From contig OZ245817.1 of the NCBI GenBank assembly GCA_965228475.1, forward strand, positions 3,456,001-3,520,000: 64,000 bases of DNA. The letters are read 5' to 3'. Below are positions 18,490-28,896 of this stretch, piece after piece. The notes beneath the pieces are model-generated. The model searched no databases. It had not been told where the DNA came from and saw nothing but the letters and a program-made list of their open reading frames with translations. A program made the position numbers and the translations under genes. Each line of letters starts with the position of its first letter. Position 1 is the first letter of the stretch. Source of the stretch: Myxococcota bacterium. GTDB taxonomy: Bacteria; Myxococcota_A; UBA9160; JAFDDA01.

Positions 18490-20394
18490 CTACGCCCGCG
18501 TCTTCGGGTAGCCGAGACGCCCGAGGGCCTCGGTGATCTCGTCGAGGATCACCGGGTCGTCGATCGTCGCGGGCAGGCGCCAGGGTGAGGCGTCCGCGAT
18601 GCAGCGCATCGTGCCGCGCAGCACCTTGCCCGAGCGCGTCTTCGGAAGCCGCGGCACCACGCAGGCCTGCTTGAAGGCCGCGACGGGCCCGATCGTCTCG
18701 CGCACGCGGGCGACGAGCTCCGCCACGATCTCGGCCTCGGGTCGGTCGACGCCCGCCTTCAGCACCGCGAAGCCCAGGGGGAGCTGGCCCTTCAGTGCGT
18801 CCGCGACCCCGACGACCGCGCACTCGGCGACGTCCGGGTGGCCGGCCAGCACCTCCTCGATCGCGCCGGTCGAGAGGCGGTGCCCGGCGACGTTGATCAC
18901 GTCGTCGGTGCGGCTCATGATCCAGAGGTAGCCGTCCTCGTCGAGGTGCCCGGCGTCGGCGGTCTCGTAGTAGCCGGGGAAGCGCGAGAGGTACTTCTCG
19001 CGGAAACCCTCCTCGTCGTTCCACAGCGTCGGCAGACAGCCCGGGGGCAGAGGCAGCTTCACGACGACGCGCCCGGTCTCGCCCGCCGGCACGGGCCCGC
19101 CTTCGTCGTCGAGGATGCGGACGTCCCAGCCGGGCACGGCCTTCGTCGGCGAGCCGTGCTTGACGGGGAGCGGCTCGAGCCCCCGGCAGTTGGCCGCGAT
19201 CGGCCAGCCCGTCTCCGTCTGCCACCAGTGGTCGATCACCGGGATGCCGAGCGCGCGCTCCGCCCAGGCGACGGTGTCCGGATCCGCGCGCTCGCCCGCC
19301 AGGAAGAGCGTACGCAGGCGGGAGAGGTCGTGATCCGCCACGCGCGCGGCCTCGGGATCCTCGCGCTTGATGCCGCGCAGCGCCGTCGGTGCCGTGAACA
19401 GGGCGTCGACCCCGTGCTCCGCCGCCACCCGCCAGAAGGCGCCGGCATCGGGCGTCCCGACCGGCTTGCCTTCGTAGAGCACCGAGGTGCAACCGAGGAA
19501 GAGCGGCGCGTAGACGATGTAGGAGTGGCCGACGACCCAGCCGATGTCCGAGGCCGCCCAGAACGTCTCGCCCGGCCGCATGCCGTAGACGTTCTCGAGG
19601 CTCCAGTGCAGGGCGACGAGATGCCCGCCCGTGTCGCGGACGACGCCCTTGGGCGTCCCGGTCGTTCCCGAGGTGTAGAGGATGTAGAGCGGGTCCGTCG
19701 CCGCGACGGGGACGCAATCCGCTTCGGGAGCGCCCGCGAGGAAGTCCTCCCAGGACAGATCGCGGGCCGGGTCGAGCTCCGCGGGCTGCTCGTCGCGCTG
19801 AACCACGATGGAGCGCTCCGGGCGGTGGCTCGCGAGTTCGAGGGCGCCGTCGAGGAGAGGCTTGTAGGCGACGATGCGCCCGGGCTCGATCCCGCAGCTC
19901 GCCGCCACGATCACCTTCGGCCGTGCATCGTCGATGCGGCTGGCGAGCTCCTGGGAGGCGAAGCCGCCGAAGACGACCGAGTGGATCGCGCCGAGACGCG
20001 CGCAGGCGAGCATCGCGACCACCGCTTCCGGAATCATCGGCATGTAGACGAGCACGCGATCCCCGGGGCCCACCCCCTGCCGCGCCAGCGCTCCCGCCGC
20101 GCACGCGACCCGGGCACGCAGCACCTCGTACGTGATGCGCTCCTTGCGCCCGGTCACCGGGCTGTCGTAGACGAGTGCGAGACGCGCGCCGTGGCCGGCG
20201 GCGACGTGCCGGTCGAGCGCGTTGTGGCAGGTGTTGGTGACGCCTCCGGGGAACCAGCGGTGGAACGGCGGGCGGGAGGCGTCGAGCACTCGCGCGTAGG
20301 GCTCGAACCAATCGATGGCCCGTGCCGCTTCTCCCCAGAACCCTTCCGGGTCTTCGAGCGATCGGCGCCAGGCCGCTTCATGCGCACCGTTCAC
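18490..20394 (-). CDS. prpE: Propionyl-CoA synthetase
   Basis: NTCHNALDRHV, YTSGTTGTPKG, DHWWQTETGW, LPLPPG, RLPKTRSGK. Confidence 0.85.
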   Translation of the reverse strand: MNGAHEAAWRRSLEDPEGFWGEAARAIDWFEPYARVLDASRPPFHRWFPGGVTNTCHNALDRHVAAGHGARLALVYDSPVTGRKERITYEVLRARVACAAGALARQGVGPGDRVLVYMPMIPEAVVAMLACARLGAIHSVVFGGFASQELASRIDDARPKVIVAASCGIEPGRIVAYKPLLDGALELASHRPERSIVVQRDEQPAELDPARDLSWEDFLAGAPEADCVPVAATDPLYILYTSGTTGTPKGVVRDTGGHLVALHWSLENVYGMRPGETFWAASDIGWVVGHSYIVYAPLFLGCTSVLYEGKPVGTPDAGAFWRVAAEHGVDALFTAPTALRGIKREDPEAARVADHDLSRLRTLFLAGERADPDTVAWAERALGIPVIDHWWQTETGWPIAANCRGLEPLPVKHGSPTKAVPGWDVRILDDEGGPVPAGETGRVVVKLPLPPGCLPTLWNDEEGFREKYLSRFPGYYETADAGHLDEDGYLWIMSRTDDVINVAGHRLSTGAIEEVLAGHPDVAECAVVGVADALKGQLPLGFAVLKAGVDRPEAEIVAELVARVRETIGPVAAFKQACVVPRLPKTRSGKVLRGTMRCIADASPWRLPATIDDPVILDEITEALGRLGYPKTRA

Positions 20395-20413
20395 GATTCC
20401 TCCCCTCCGCGCT

Positions 20414-21211
20414 TCAAGGCTCTTCTCCTTCCGCGCGTGCGGCGCGCTTCGCCTGGTTCCAGCGTGCGAGGAGCTCGTCGGGGGCGAGGTCCTTCATGGC
20501 CCGGCCCTCCGCGCGAAGGCCCGCCTCGAGGCGGCGGAAGCGTCCCTCGACCCGGGCGTTGGTCCCCCGCAGGTCGGTCTCGGGGTCGCTCCCGATCGTC
20601 GTGGCCAGATTGGCGACGACGAACAGCACGTCGCCGAGCTCCCGTGCGGCCGCCGCCGCGTCGCCGCGTTCGAGCTCCTCGCGCAGCTCGGCGACCTCCT
20701 CTTCGACCTTGGCGAAGAGCGCCTCGGTGCTTCCCCAGGCGAAGCCGGCCGACGCCATGCGCCGCTGGAGCTTCGCGGCGCGGTTGAGGGCCGGCAGCGC
20801 CCGCGGGACGTCGTCGACCGCGCTGGCCTCGCGGCCGCCGGCTCGGGCCTTGGCCGCGCGCTCGTCCGCCTTGACGGCTTCCCAGCTCGGCGGCGGGCTC
20901 CCCGGCTCCGCGAAGACGTGCGGATGGCGCCGCTCGAGCTTCTCGCAGACGGCATCGACCACGTCCGAGAACCCGAAGGCGCCCTCCTCCTCCGCCATCC
21001 GCGCATGGAAGACGACCTGGAAGAGCAGGTCCCCGAGCTCTTCCCTCAGCGCCACCCGGTCGCCCGAGGCGATGGCGTCGGACACCTCGTAGGCCTCTTC
21101 GATCGTGTAGGGCGCCACGGTCTCGAAGGTCTGGCCGACGTCCCACGGGCAGCCCTTCTCCGGGTCGCGGAGACGGCGCATGATCTCGAGCAGGCGGGAA
21201 GCGTCGCTCAT
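20414..21211 (-). CDS. mazG: Nucleoside triphosphate pyrophosphohydrolase
   Basis: [37 protein letters not shown], second ELGDVLF. Confidence 0.92.
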   Translation of the reverse strand: MSDASRLLEIMRRLRDPEKGCPWDVGQTFETVAPYTIEEAYEVSDAIASGDRVALREELGDLLFQVVFHARMAEEEGAFGFSDVVDAVCEKLERRHPHVFAEPGSPPPSWEAVKADERAAKARAGGREASAVDDVPRALPALNRAAKLQRRMASAGFAWGSTEALFAKVEEEVAELREELERGDAAAAARELGDVLFVVANLATTIGSDPETDLRGTNARVEGRFRRLEAGLRAEGRAMKDLAPDELLARWNQAKRAARAEGEEP

Positions 21212-21315
21212 GGCGCGGCCAGACTGCGCCAGCGTGGAGCCCGAGCGCAACCCCCGCGGAGAGAACTCGCCGCCGCACCTCGGGCTCCCGGCCCGGCTGC
21301 GTTACCGTCGCGGCC

Positions 21316-23268
21316 GTGCCGACCGCCCCGCTCTTCGTCCCCAGCGCCGAACGCATCGCGCAGAGCCAGATCGACGCCTTCCGGCGCCGGCTCGCGGCCG
21401 AAGCCGGGGTCGAGCTTCCGGACACCCGCGCACTCTGGCGCTGGTCGATCGAGGAGCGCGAAGCCTTCTGGGCCGCGGTCTGGGACGAGGCCGGAATCCG
21501 GGGAACGCGCGGTGAACGCATCGCCGCGGATGCCGACCGCATGCCCGGCACGCGCTGGTTCCCCGACGCCCGCCTGAACTTCGCCGAGAACCTCCTGCGA
21601 CGCCGCGACGAGAGCCCGGCGATCGTGTTCCGCTCGGAGCACGGGCTCCGGCGGACGCTCTCCTGGCGCGAGCTCGCCGAGGCAACGGCGCGCATCCGGG
21701 CCGCGCTGGCGGCCGAAGGCATCGAGCCCGGCGATCGCGTCGCCGCCTGGCTGCCGAACGTCCCGGAAGCCGTGGCGGTGATGCTCGCCTGCGCGAGCCT
21801 CGGGGCGGTCTTCTCCTCCTGCTCCCCGGACTTCGGAGCGCGGGGCGTCCTCGACCGCTTCGGGCAGATCGAGCCGAAGCTCCTGTTCGCGACCGACGGC
21901 TACTTCTACGGCGGCAAGCGCCACGACGTGCTCGGCAAGCTGCGCGAAGTCCGCGCCGGGCTGCCCTCCGTCGGGCGCGTGGTCGTCGTCCCCTACGGCG
22001 GGGGCGGCGATGCACTCGCCGGGATCGACGGCGCCGTCTGGCTCGACGACTTCGCGCCGCCCAGCGCGACGGCCGACCTCACCTTCGCCGCCCTCCCCTT
22101 CGACCACCCGCTCTACATCCTCTACTCCTCGGGCACGACGGGCGCACCCAAGTGCATCGTCCACGGCGCGGGCGGGACGCTCCTGCAGCACGCGAAGGAG
22201 CACCGCTTCCACGCCGACGTCCGGCCGGGCGACGGACTCTTCTACTTCACGACCCTCGGCTGGATGATGTGGAACTGGCTCGTCTCGGGCCTCGCCGCGG
22301 AGGCGACGCTCCACCTCTACGACGGCTCCCCCTTCCACCCCGAGCCGACCGTGCTCTTCGACTACGTGAGCGAGGAAGGGACGGCGATCTTCGGCACCTC
22401 CGCCAAGTTCCTCGACGCCGCGAAGAAGGCCGGCCTCGCGCCGGCGGACACCCACGACCTCTCCCGCGTGCGGACGATCCTCTCGACGGGCTCCCCCCTC
22501 GTCCCCGAGAGCTTCGACTGGGTCTACCACGCGGTGAAGCGCGACGTGCAGCTCGCCTCGATCTCCGGGGGCACCGACATCGTCTCCTGCTTCGTCGGCG
22601 GCGACCCGACGCTGCCCGTGCACCGCGGCGAGATCCAGGCGCCGGGCCTCGGCATGGCCGTCGACGTCTTCGACGACGAGGGCCAGCCCCTGCGCGGCGC
22701 CAAGGGCGAACTCGTCTGCACGCGGAGCTTCCCCTCGATGCCCCTCGGGTTCTGGAACGACCCGGAAGGCACGCGCTACCGCGAGGCGTACTTCTCGCGG
22801 TTCCCGGGCGTCTGGTGCCACGGCGACTTCGTCGAATGGACGGAGAACGGCGGGTTCGTGGTGCACGGCCGGTCGGACGCCGTGCTGAACCCGGGCGGCG
22901 TGCGCATCGGAACGGCCGAGATCTACCGCCAGGTCGAGGGCCTCGATGCGGTCGAAGAAGCCATCGTCGTCGGCCAGGATTGGGAGGGCGACGTCCGCGT
23001 CGTCCTCTTCGTGCGGCTGCGCGAAGGAAACGTTCTCGACGACGAGCTCATCGGAACGATCCGCAGCCGCATCCGCCAGAACGCCTCGCCGCGCCACGTT
23101 CCGGCGCGGGTGCTCGCGGTGCCGGACATCCCGCGAACGCGGAGCGGGAAGATCGTGGAGCTCGCCGTCCGGGAGGTGGTCCACGGTCGCCCCGTCAAGA
23201 ATCTCGAAGCCCTGGCGAACCCCGAGGCCCTCGAACACTTCCGCGGCCGCGCGGAGCTCGAGAGCTAG
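21316..23268 (+). CDS. Acetoacetate--CoA ligase
   Basis: [60 protein letters not shown]. Confidence 0.9.
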   Translation: MPTAPLFVPSAERIAQSQIDAFRRRLAAEAGVELPDTRALWRWSIEEREAFWAAVWDEAGIRGTRGERIAADADRMPGTRWFPDARLNFAENLLRRRDESPAIVFRSEHGLRRTLSWRELAEATARIRAALAAEGIEPGDRVAAWLPNVPEAVAVMLACASLGAVFSSCSPDFGARGVLDRFGQIEPKLLFATDGYFYGGKRHDVLGKLREVRAGLPSVGRVVVVPYGGGGDALAGIDGAVWLDDFAPPSATADLTFAALPFDHPLYILYSSGTTGAPKCIVHGAGGTLLQHAKEHRFHADVRPGDGLFYFTTLGWMMWNWLVSGLAAEATLHLYDGSPFHPEPTVLFDYVSEEGTAIFGTSAKFLDAAKKAGLAPADTHDLSRVRTILSTGSPLVPESFDWVYHAVKRDVQLASISGGTDIVSCFVGGDPTLPVHRGEIQAPGLGMAVDVFDDEGQPLRGAKGELVCTRSFPSMPLGFWNDPEGTRYREAYFSRFPGVWCHGDFVEWTENGGFVVHGRSDAVLNPGGVRIGTAEIYRQVEGLDAVEEAIVVGQDWEGDVRVVLFVRLREGNVLDDELIGTIRSRIRQNASPRHVPARVLAVPDIPRTRSGKIVELAVREVVHGRPVKNLEALANPEALEHFRGRAELES

Positions 23269-23282
23269 GCGCCGTCCGCCGG

Positions 23283-23918
23283 CTAGAGGACCGTCGACGC
23301 CAGCACGAGCTGCCCGCCGAAGTAGAGCGGCAGCCCCCAGGTCTTGTTCCAGAACGTGCGCGAGACGAACCGCTGCCGGGCCACCGCGAGGTCCGAGACG
23401 TAGAACATCACCGCCCCGATGGCGATCGTGAGCGGCCCGCCGGCCGCGACCGCACCCACCGACGCCACGACCATCGCCGAGATCACCGCGATGTACGCGT
23501 AGACCGGGATGCGCATGGCCTCTTCGACGTGGGGCCGCAGCCAGCGCAGCGCGAGGGCGATCACCGGAACGAGCGCCAGCAGCGCGACGCCCGCGGCGGA
23601 AGCCTCGATGCCCCGCACGAGGAAGGCGACGGCAAAGCCGAGATGTCCGAGCAGGAAGCTCACGAGCCCCGCCAGGAACGTCTTCGACGAATCGGGGATC
23701 AGGAGCACGTCGCCGAAGAAGCACAGCACGAGGGCCGCGAACACCCAGCGCCCGTAGGAGGAGTCGAGGGCGCCCGCGCCGTAGGCCGCCAGCAGGAACC
23801 CCGCGGCCGCGACGGGCTTGGTGAGCCAGACGCCCGCGCGCGAGCCGAACCACTCGGCGGCGAGCAGCAAGGCAAGGAAGACGAGCGTGATGGCGCATCC
23901 GAGCGGGAAGAGATCCAT
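23283..23918 (-). CDS. YhhN/TMEM86 lysoplasmalogenase family membrane protein
   Basis: TKP, GDVLL, FLAGLVSFLLGH, FYVSD, LYFGGQ. Confidence 0.85.
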   Translation of the reverse strand: MDLFPLGCAITLVFLALLLAAEWFGSRAGVWLTKPVAAAGFLLAAYGAGALDSSYGRWVFAALVLCFFGDVLLIPDSSKTFLAGLVSFLLGHLGFAVAFLVRGIEASAAGVALLALVPVIALALRWLRPHVEEAMRIPVYAYIAVISAMVVASVGAVAAGGPLTIAIGAVMFYVSDLAVARQRFVSRTFWNKTWGLPLYFGGQLVLASTVL

Positions 23919-23928
23919 CTTCAGCCCC

Positions 23929-25272
23929 TCACTTCCGCGGAACTCGTTTGAAGCTCCCCGCACGCGCCTCGCGCCGGCCGCACCACGGACAGAAGTGCCA
24001 GTAGTCCTTCGAGACGGGCCAGCGGCAGCGCGGGCAGCGGTCCGCGAGCTCGGGATGGCTCCAGGGCCGCTTCGGCTTCTGCTTGCACTCGGGGCAGTAG
24101 CGCATGAACGGACGGAGCTGCCCGTCGCAGCCCTTGCGGGCACACGAGCGCTCGGCCCGCGGGTCACGCGGCGCCTTGCGCCCGTTGCCCTGGAAGCGGC
24201 CCGGGTAGCACCAGGGGCAGGCCCGCCACTCGGCGCGCACGCCCCGCTCGCACTCCGGGCAGACCAGCGACGCGGCCGTGACGTTGCGGAAGGAGTTGTC
24301 CGACGTGCCGCACCAGGGGCAATGGCCCATGGCCTCGGCGATGGGCCCATCACAGCGATGGCACTCGAAGCGCATCTCGAGTTCTTTCCCGTGGGCGCGA
24401 CGGAAGGCCTCGGCCTGGACGGCCAGGGGCGAGCGCGCGGGCGCCTTCTTCTTCGGGCGCGGGCGCGGAGTCCGCGGCTTCCGGACGGGCTCGAGCTTGG
24501 CGAAGACCCGCTCGAGGGCGCGCGAGAGGGCGACCGCGTCCGCGTAGCGTCGCTGGGGCTCGAACTCGGCCGCCTTGCGCAGGATCGGCTGCAACGGCGC
24601 GGGGACCTTCTTCCGGAAGCGGGCATAGCCTTCGAGGGGCCAGCGGAAGGGCCAGGTCGGCAGCACCCCCGTCAACAGGTGGTAGACGATGATGCCGAGG
24701 GAGAAGACGTCCGAGCCGAGGCCGGGACGGCCGTAGGCCTGCTCGGGGGCGACGTATCCGAAGGTCCCGACGTCGGTGAAGTTGCGCGTGGCGGGCGGTT
24801 GGAATCGGGCCACCCCGAAGTCGGTGAGCGCGAAGCGTCCGCCGGGAAAGACCAGGATGTTTTCGGGCTTCACGTCGCGGTGCATGATCTTCTTCGCGTG
24901 GGCGTGGGCCAGCCCGGCCGCGACCTCGCGCGCCACCCGCAGCGCGATCTCCGGCGAGCGCCGTGCGCGGACGTAGGCGCCGAGGTGGGTGCGGGCCAGC
25001 TCGCTCGCCATCACGAACCGCCCGTCGACCCAGTCCGCGTTCAGCAGACCGACGATGTTCGGGTGATCGAGACGGCTCGCGATGCGCGCCTCGTGCTCGA
25101 TCTCGTCCCGGCCCCAGGCGGCCACCATGTCCGGGTGGACCACCTTGAGAGCGACCTTCTGGCGCACCACGCAATCGTGGGCCTTCCAGACCTCCGCGAA
25201 GGAACCGGTGCCGAGCCGACTCTCGAGACGATACTTGCCGAGGCGAGAACCCCTGCGCAGCGTGGTCGCCAC
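23929..25272 (-). CDS. Hanks-type Ser/Thr kinase with C-terminal tandem zinc ribbons
   Basis: LGTGSFAEV, VALK, HRDVKPEN, DFG, APE; eight Cys pairs at the C-terminus. GTG after GGAGG (alternative ATG 25284). Confidence 0.9.
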   Translation of the reverse strand: MATTLRRGSRLGKYRLESRLGTGSFAEVWKAHDCVVRQKVALKVVHPDMVAAWGRDEIEHEARIASRLDHPNIVGLLNADWVDGRFVMASELARTHLGAYVRARRSPEIALRVAREVAAGLAHAHAKKIMHRDVKPENILVFPGGRFALTDFGVARFQPPATRNFTDVGTFGYVAPEQAYGRPGLGSDVFSLGIIVYHLLTGVLPTWPFRWPLEGYARFRKKVPAPLQPILRKAAEFEPQRRYADAVALSRALERVFAKLEPVRKPRTPRPRPKKKAPARSPLAVQAEAFRRAHGKELEMRFECHRCDGPIAEAMGHCPWCGTSDNSFRNVTAASLVCPECERGVRAEWRACPWCYPGRFQGNGRKAPRDPRAERSCARKGCDGQLRPFMRYCPECKQKPKRPWSHPELADRCPRCRWPVSKDYWHFCPWCGRREARAGSFKRVPRK

Positions 25273-25344
25273 GCGCCCTCCCATCTTGACGGGGCCCAAA
25301 CATAACCCGCTTGCCCGCGACCGGTGGCCTACAATCGCGCCGCC

Positions 25345-26904
25345 ATGAGCTGGCGAGACGAAGTCGAGGGAATCGAGGCACGCCGGGAGCGAGCCGCCGA
25401 ACACGGCGGCGCCGAGGCGGTCGCGCGCCAGCGCTCGAAGGGCCGCGGGACCATCCGCGAGCGCATCGCCGCCTTCGCCGACTTCGAGGGCTTCCACGAA
25501 GAGGGCCCGATCGCGGGCCACGCCGAACTCGGCGAGGACGGGGAGCTCGTCCACTTCACCCCCGCGAACTACGTGCTCGGCGTGGCCCAGGTCGAAGGCC
25601 GGCCCTGCGTCGTGGGGGGCGAGGACTTCACCCACCAGGGGGGCTCGCCTTCTCCCGCCGGGCTGCGCAAGAGCGTCTACGCCGAGGATCTCGCGCTCCA
25701 GTACCGCCTGCCCCTGGTCCGGTTCCTCGAGGGGGGCGGCGGGAGCGTCACCGGCGCCGCCCGGCGGAAGTCCGGCGCGCCGGCGGGCGACGCCGCCTAC
25801 ACCCGCCACCGCTTCCTCTCGATCGCCCAGGTGATGGGCGTGGCGCCGGTCGCCTCGGCCGCCCTCGGCCCCGTCGCCGGCTTCCCGGCGGCCCGCCTCG
25901 TGGCCTCGCACTTCTCGGTGATGACGAAGGAGACCGCGCAGGTCCTGGTCGGCGGGCCCGCGCTGGTGGAGCGCGCCCTCGGCGAGAAGCTCACCAAGGA
26001 AGAGCTCGGCGGAGCCGACGTCCACCTGCCGAACGGCGTCGTCGACAACCTGGCCGAAGACGAAGCGGACGCCATCGCCCAGGTCCGGCGCTTCCTCTCC
26101 TACCTGCCGCGCAACGTCGACGAACTGGCCCCCCGCCTCGAAACGGGCGACCCGCCGGACCGGCGGGAGGAGGCCCTGCTCGAGATCGTCCCGCGCGACC
26201 GGCGGCGGGTCTTCGACGTCCGCCGCATGCTCCGGCTGATCCTCGACGAGGACTCCTTCTTCGAGATCGCGCCGCGCACCGGGCGCGGCCAGGTCACGGG
26301 ACTGGCGCGCCTCGACGGCCACGCGGTCGGCGTCCTGGCCAACGACTCGCGCTTCTACGCCGGCTCGATGACCGCCGACGGGGCCCGCAAGGTCCGCCGC
26401 TTCGTGGACCTCTGCGACACCTTCCACCTGCCGGTGCTCTCCTTCGTCGACGAACCGGGCTTCATGATCGGGCGCGACGCCGAGCGGGCCGGAACGATCC
26501 GCTACGGGGCCCAGGCCCTGTTCGCCGTCGTGCAATCACGCGTGCCCTGGATCAGCATCCACGTGCGCAAGGCATTCGGGGTCGCCGCGGCCGCCCACTT
26601 CGGGCCGAACGCGCGCGTGCTGGCGTGGCCCTCGGCGGAGCGCGGCGCGCTCCCCCTCGAAGGTGGCGTCGCGGTGGCGTTCCGGCGCGAGATCGAAGCC
26701 GCCGAGGACCCGGTGGCCCGGCGCGAAGAGCTCGAGAACCAGCTCGCCGCGCGCCGCTCGCCCTACGCCGCGGCGGAGTCCTTCGCCGTCCACGACCTGA
26801 TCGACCCGCGCGACACGCGCCCCGAGATCGCCCGCTGGCTCTCCTGGGTCGGCCCCCTGCTCGAAGCGGAGCGGGGCCCACGCGCTTACACGGTCCGCCC
26901 GTGA
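25345..26904 (+). CDS. Acyl-CoA carboxylase carboxyltransferase (beta) subunit
   Basis: DFTHQGGS, GGPALVERALGE, EELGGA, TGLARLDG, FVDEPGF. Confidence 0.88.
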   Translation: MSWRDEVEGIEARRERAAEHGGAEAVARQRSKGRGTIRERIAAFADFEGFHEEGPIAGHAELGEDGELVHFTPANYVLGVAQVEGRPCVVGGEDFTHQGGSPSPAGLRKSVYAEDLALQYRLPLVRFLEGGGGSVTGAARRKSGAPAGDAAYTRHRFLSIAQVMGVAPVASAALGPVAGFPAARLVASHFSVMTKETAQVLVGGPALVERALGEKLTKEELGGADVHLPNGVVDNLAEDEADAIAQVRRFLSYLPRNVDELAPRLETGDPPDRREEALLEIVPRDRRRVFDVRRMLRLILDEDSFFEIAPRTGRGQVTGLARLDGHAVGVLANDSRFYAGSMTADGARKVRRFVDLCDTFHLPVLSFVDEPGFMIGRDAERAGTIRYGAQALFAVVQSRVPWISIHVRKAFGVAAAAHFGPNARVLAWPSAERGALPLEGGVAVAFRREIEAAEDPVARREELENQLAARRSPYAAAESFAVHDLIDPRDTRPEIARWLSWVGPLLEAERGPRAYTVRP

Positions 26905-28883
26905 GGCGCACGCGCGCGCTCCTCCGGCTCTGCGTCCCGGTCCTCACGTTCGCACTCGGGCCCGCGGCCCTCACCGGCTGTTTCTCGGAAGTCGAGACCG
27001 AGGAGGAGGCTCTCGTCGAACCGGGAGTCCCGCCGCCGGCCGAACGCCCGGCGCCCGGCGCCCTCGCCCGCATGGAGCTCGTCGAGGCCCTTCGCAGCGA
27101 CCTCGCCCAGGCGCGCCATCCCTCGGACGGCGGCGGCCGCGCGTGGCTGGAAGACGGCGGCTCGGCCCGGGCCGGCAAGCCGGGCCGATGGACCTTCGTC
27201 TACGAAGCCGGCGAGCTCGGCATCGCGGTCGGCGGGCAGGTCCTGCTCCAGGTCTCGCCCTTCTGGGGCTGGAGCACGCCGCAGACCCTCGACGCCGACG
27301 GGCGCGGGTACACCGAGGCCACGACCGATGCCCCGGGCGTCACCCTGGAAGCGCGCACCCTCGACGAGCAGCTCCTCGGCATCGCCGTCGGCGGGCGCGC
27401 CCTCGCCGCCGGCGAACGGATCCGCATCCGCTACGGCGCCGGCCCAGCCGGCGCGCGCGCCGACCGCTTCGCCGAGCGCGAGTCTCCCTTCTTCTTCGCC
27501 GTCGACGGCGATGGCGACGGGGTGCGGAAGTTCCTCGTGGACACCCCGAAGGTCGACGTGGCGCCCGGCCCCCCGTCGCAGCTGGCCCTCCATCTCCCGG
27601 CCACGGCGAAGCCCGGCGACGAGGTCGCACTCACGCTCGCGGTGCTCGACGCGGAAGGCAGCGCCGGGACGGACTTCGCCGGCGAGATCCGCTTCGGCGA
27701 CCACGGCGAATGGATCGCTCTCCCGGAGACCGTCACGCTCGGCGCAGCGGACCGCGGCCGCACCCGCGTCACCGTCCGGGTGAGCGCCCCGGGCATCGTC
27801 CGCATCCGGACCGAGGGGCCCGAAGGGCTCGAGGCCATCAGCAACCCGATGCGCGTCTCGCCCGACGCGCCGCGCGTGCTCTTCGGCGAGCTCCACGGAC
27901 ACTCGAACTTCTCCGACGGCACCGGAACCCCCGAGGACTACTACGCCTACGCCGACGAGGTCGCGGGCCTCGACTTCGCCGCGCTGACGGACCACGACCA
28001 CTGGGGCATCCCCTTCCTCGACGCCCGGCCGGACATGCGGGAACGCATCGCCCGCGCGACCGAAGCCGCCCACGCCCCCGGGCGCTTCGCCGCGCTGCAC
28101 GGTTACGAGTGGACGAGCTGGCAGTTCGGCCACCGCCACGTGGTCTACTTCGGAGACCGCTCGCCGATGTATTCCTCCATCGACCCGGCCAGCGATACAC
28201 CCGAAGAACTCTGGGCCCTGCTGCGCGGCAAGCCCGCGCTGACCTTCGCCCACCACTCCGCCGGCGGCCCGATCCCGACGGACTGGAACGTCGCGCCGGA
28301 CCCCGAGCTCGAGCCGCTGACGGAGGTGGCTTCCGTCCACGGCAACAGCGAGGCGAGCGACGCGCCGGCCCCGATCTACCGCGCCGTCGAGGGCAACTGG
28401 GTGCGCAACGCCCTCGACCGCGGCTACCGGCTGGGCTTCGTCGGCGGCAGCGATTCCCACGACGGGCACCCGGGCCTCGCCCACATCGCGAGCGGCTGGA
28501 GCGGCCTCGCGGCGGTCTACGCCGAGGAGGCGACGCGCCCGGCCCTGCGGGAGGCCCTCGCCGACCGCCGCGCCTACGCGACCAACGGCCCGCGCATCCT
28601 GCTCGACGTCCGGCTCGCGGGCCACGCCATGGGCCGCGTCCTCCCCGTGGCCGAACTCGGCGAGAAGCCGCAGCTCGTGGTCGACGTGGTCGGCACGGGC
28701 GTGCTCGACCGCATCGACATCGTGCGCAGCAGCGCGGTGGTGGCGAGCACGGGCGCCGAAGGACGAGCGGACCTGCTCTTCTCCTACCCGGTCTCGGGGC
28801 TGCGCGCGGGCGAGTACCTCTACGTGCGCGCGATCCAGCGCGACGGCGGCGCCGCCTGGTCGAGCCCCTTCTTCCTGGAATGA
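26901..28883 (+). CDS. Lipoprotein metallohydrolase, PHP-fold (CehA/McbA/DUF3604-like)
   Basis: Lipobox LTGC, GELHGHSNFSDG, TDHD, GYEWT, GHRHV, GSDSH, AWSSPFF. GTGA overlap. Confidence 0.78.
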   Translation: MRRTRALLRLCVPVLTFALGPAALTGCFSEVETEEEALVEPGVPPPAERPAPGALARMELVEALRSDLAQARHPSDGGGRAWLEDGGSARAGKPGRWTFVYEAGELGIAVGGQVLLQVSPFWGWSTPQTLDADGRGYTEATTDAPGVTLEARTLDEQLLGIAVGGRALAAGERIRIRYGAGPAGARADRFAERESPFFFAVDGDGDGVRKFLVDTPKVDVAPGPPSQLALHLPATAKPGDEVALTLAVLDAEGSAGTDFAGEIRFGDHGEWIALPETVTLGAADRGRTRVTVRVSAPGIVRIRTEGPEGLEAISNPMRVSPDAPRVLFGELHGHSNFSDGTGTPEDYYAYADEVAGLDFAALTDHDHWGIPFLDARPDMRERIARATEAAHAPGRFAALHGYEWTSWQFGHRHVVYFGDRSPMYSSIDPASDTPEELWALLRGKPALTFAHHSAGGPIPTDWNVAPDPELEPLTEVASVHGNSEASDAPAPIYRAVEGNWVRNALDRGYRLGFVGGSDSHDGHPGLAHIASGWSGLAAVYAEEATRPALREALADRRAYATNGPRILLDVRLAGHAMGRVLPVAELGEKPQLVVDVVGTGVLDRIDIVRSSAVVASTGAEGRADLLFSYPVSGLRAGEYLYVRAIQRDGGAAWSSPFFLE

Positions 28884-28896
28884 CCGGGCCGGTCCG

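Noticed and set aside
17535..21211. MazG/Fpg as an anti-phage defence island
   Set aside because: Both look like ordinary housekeeping forms (tandem-domain MazG), with no defence or mobility genes nearby.
25311..28883. Apparent giant or fusion ORFs (1190 aa here; also 7320-10772, 57908-61111, 42572-45286)
   Set aside because: The N-terminal parts are out-of-frame or antisense read-through over other genes; only the C-terminal portions are real CDSs.
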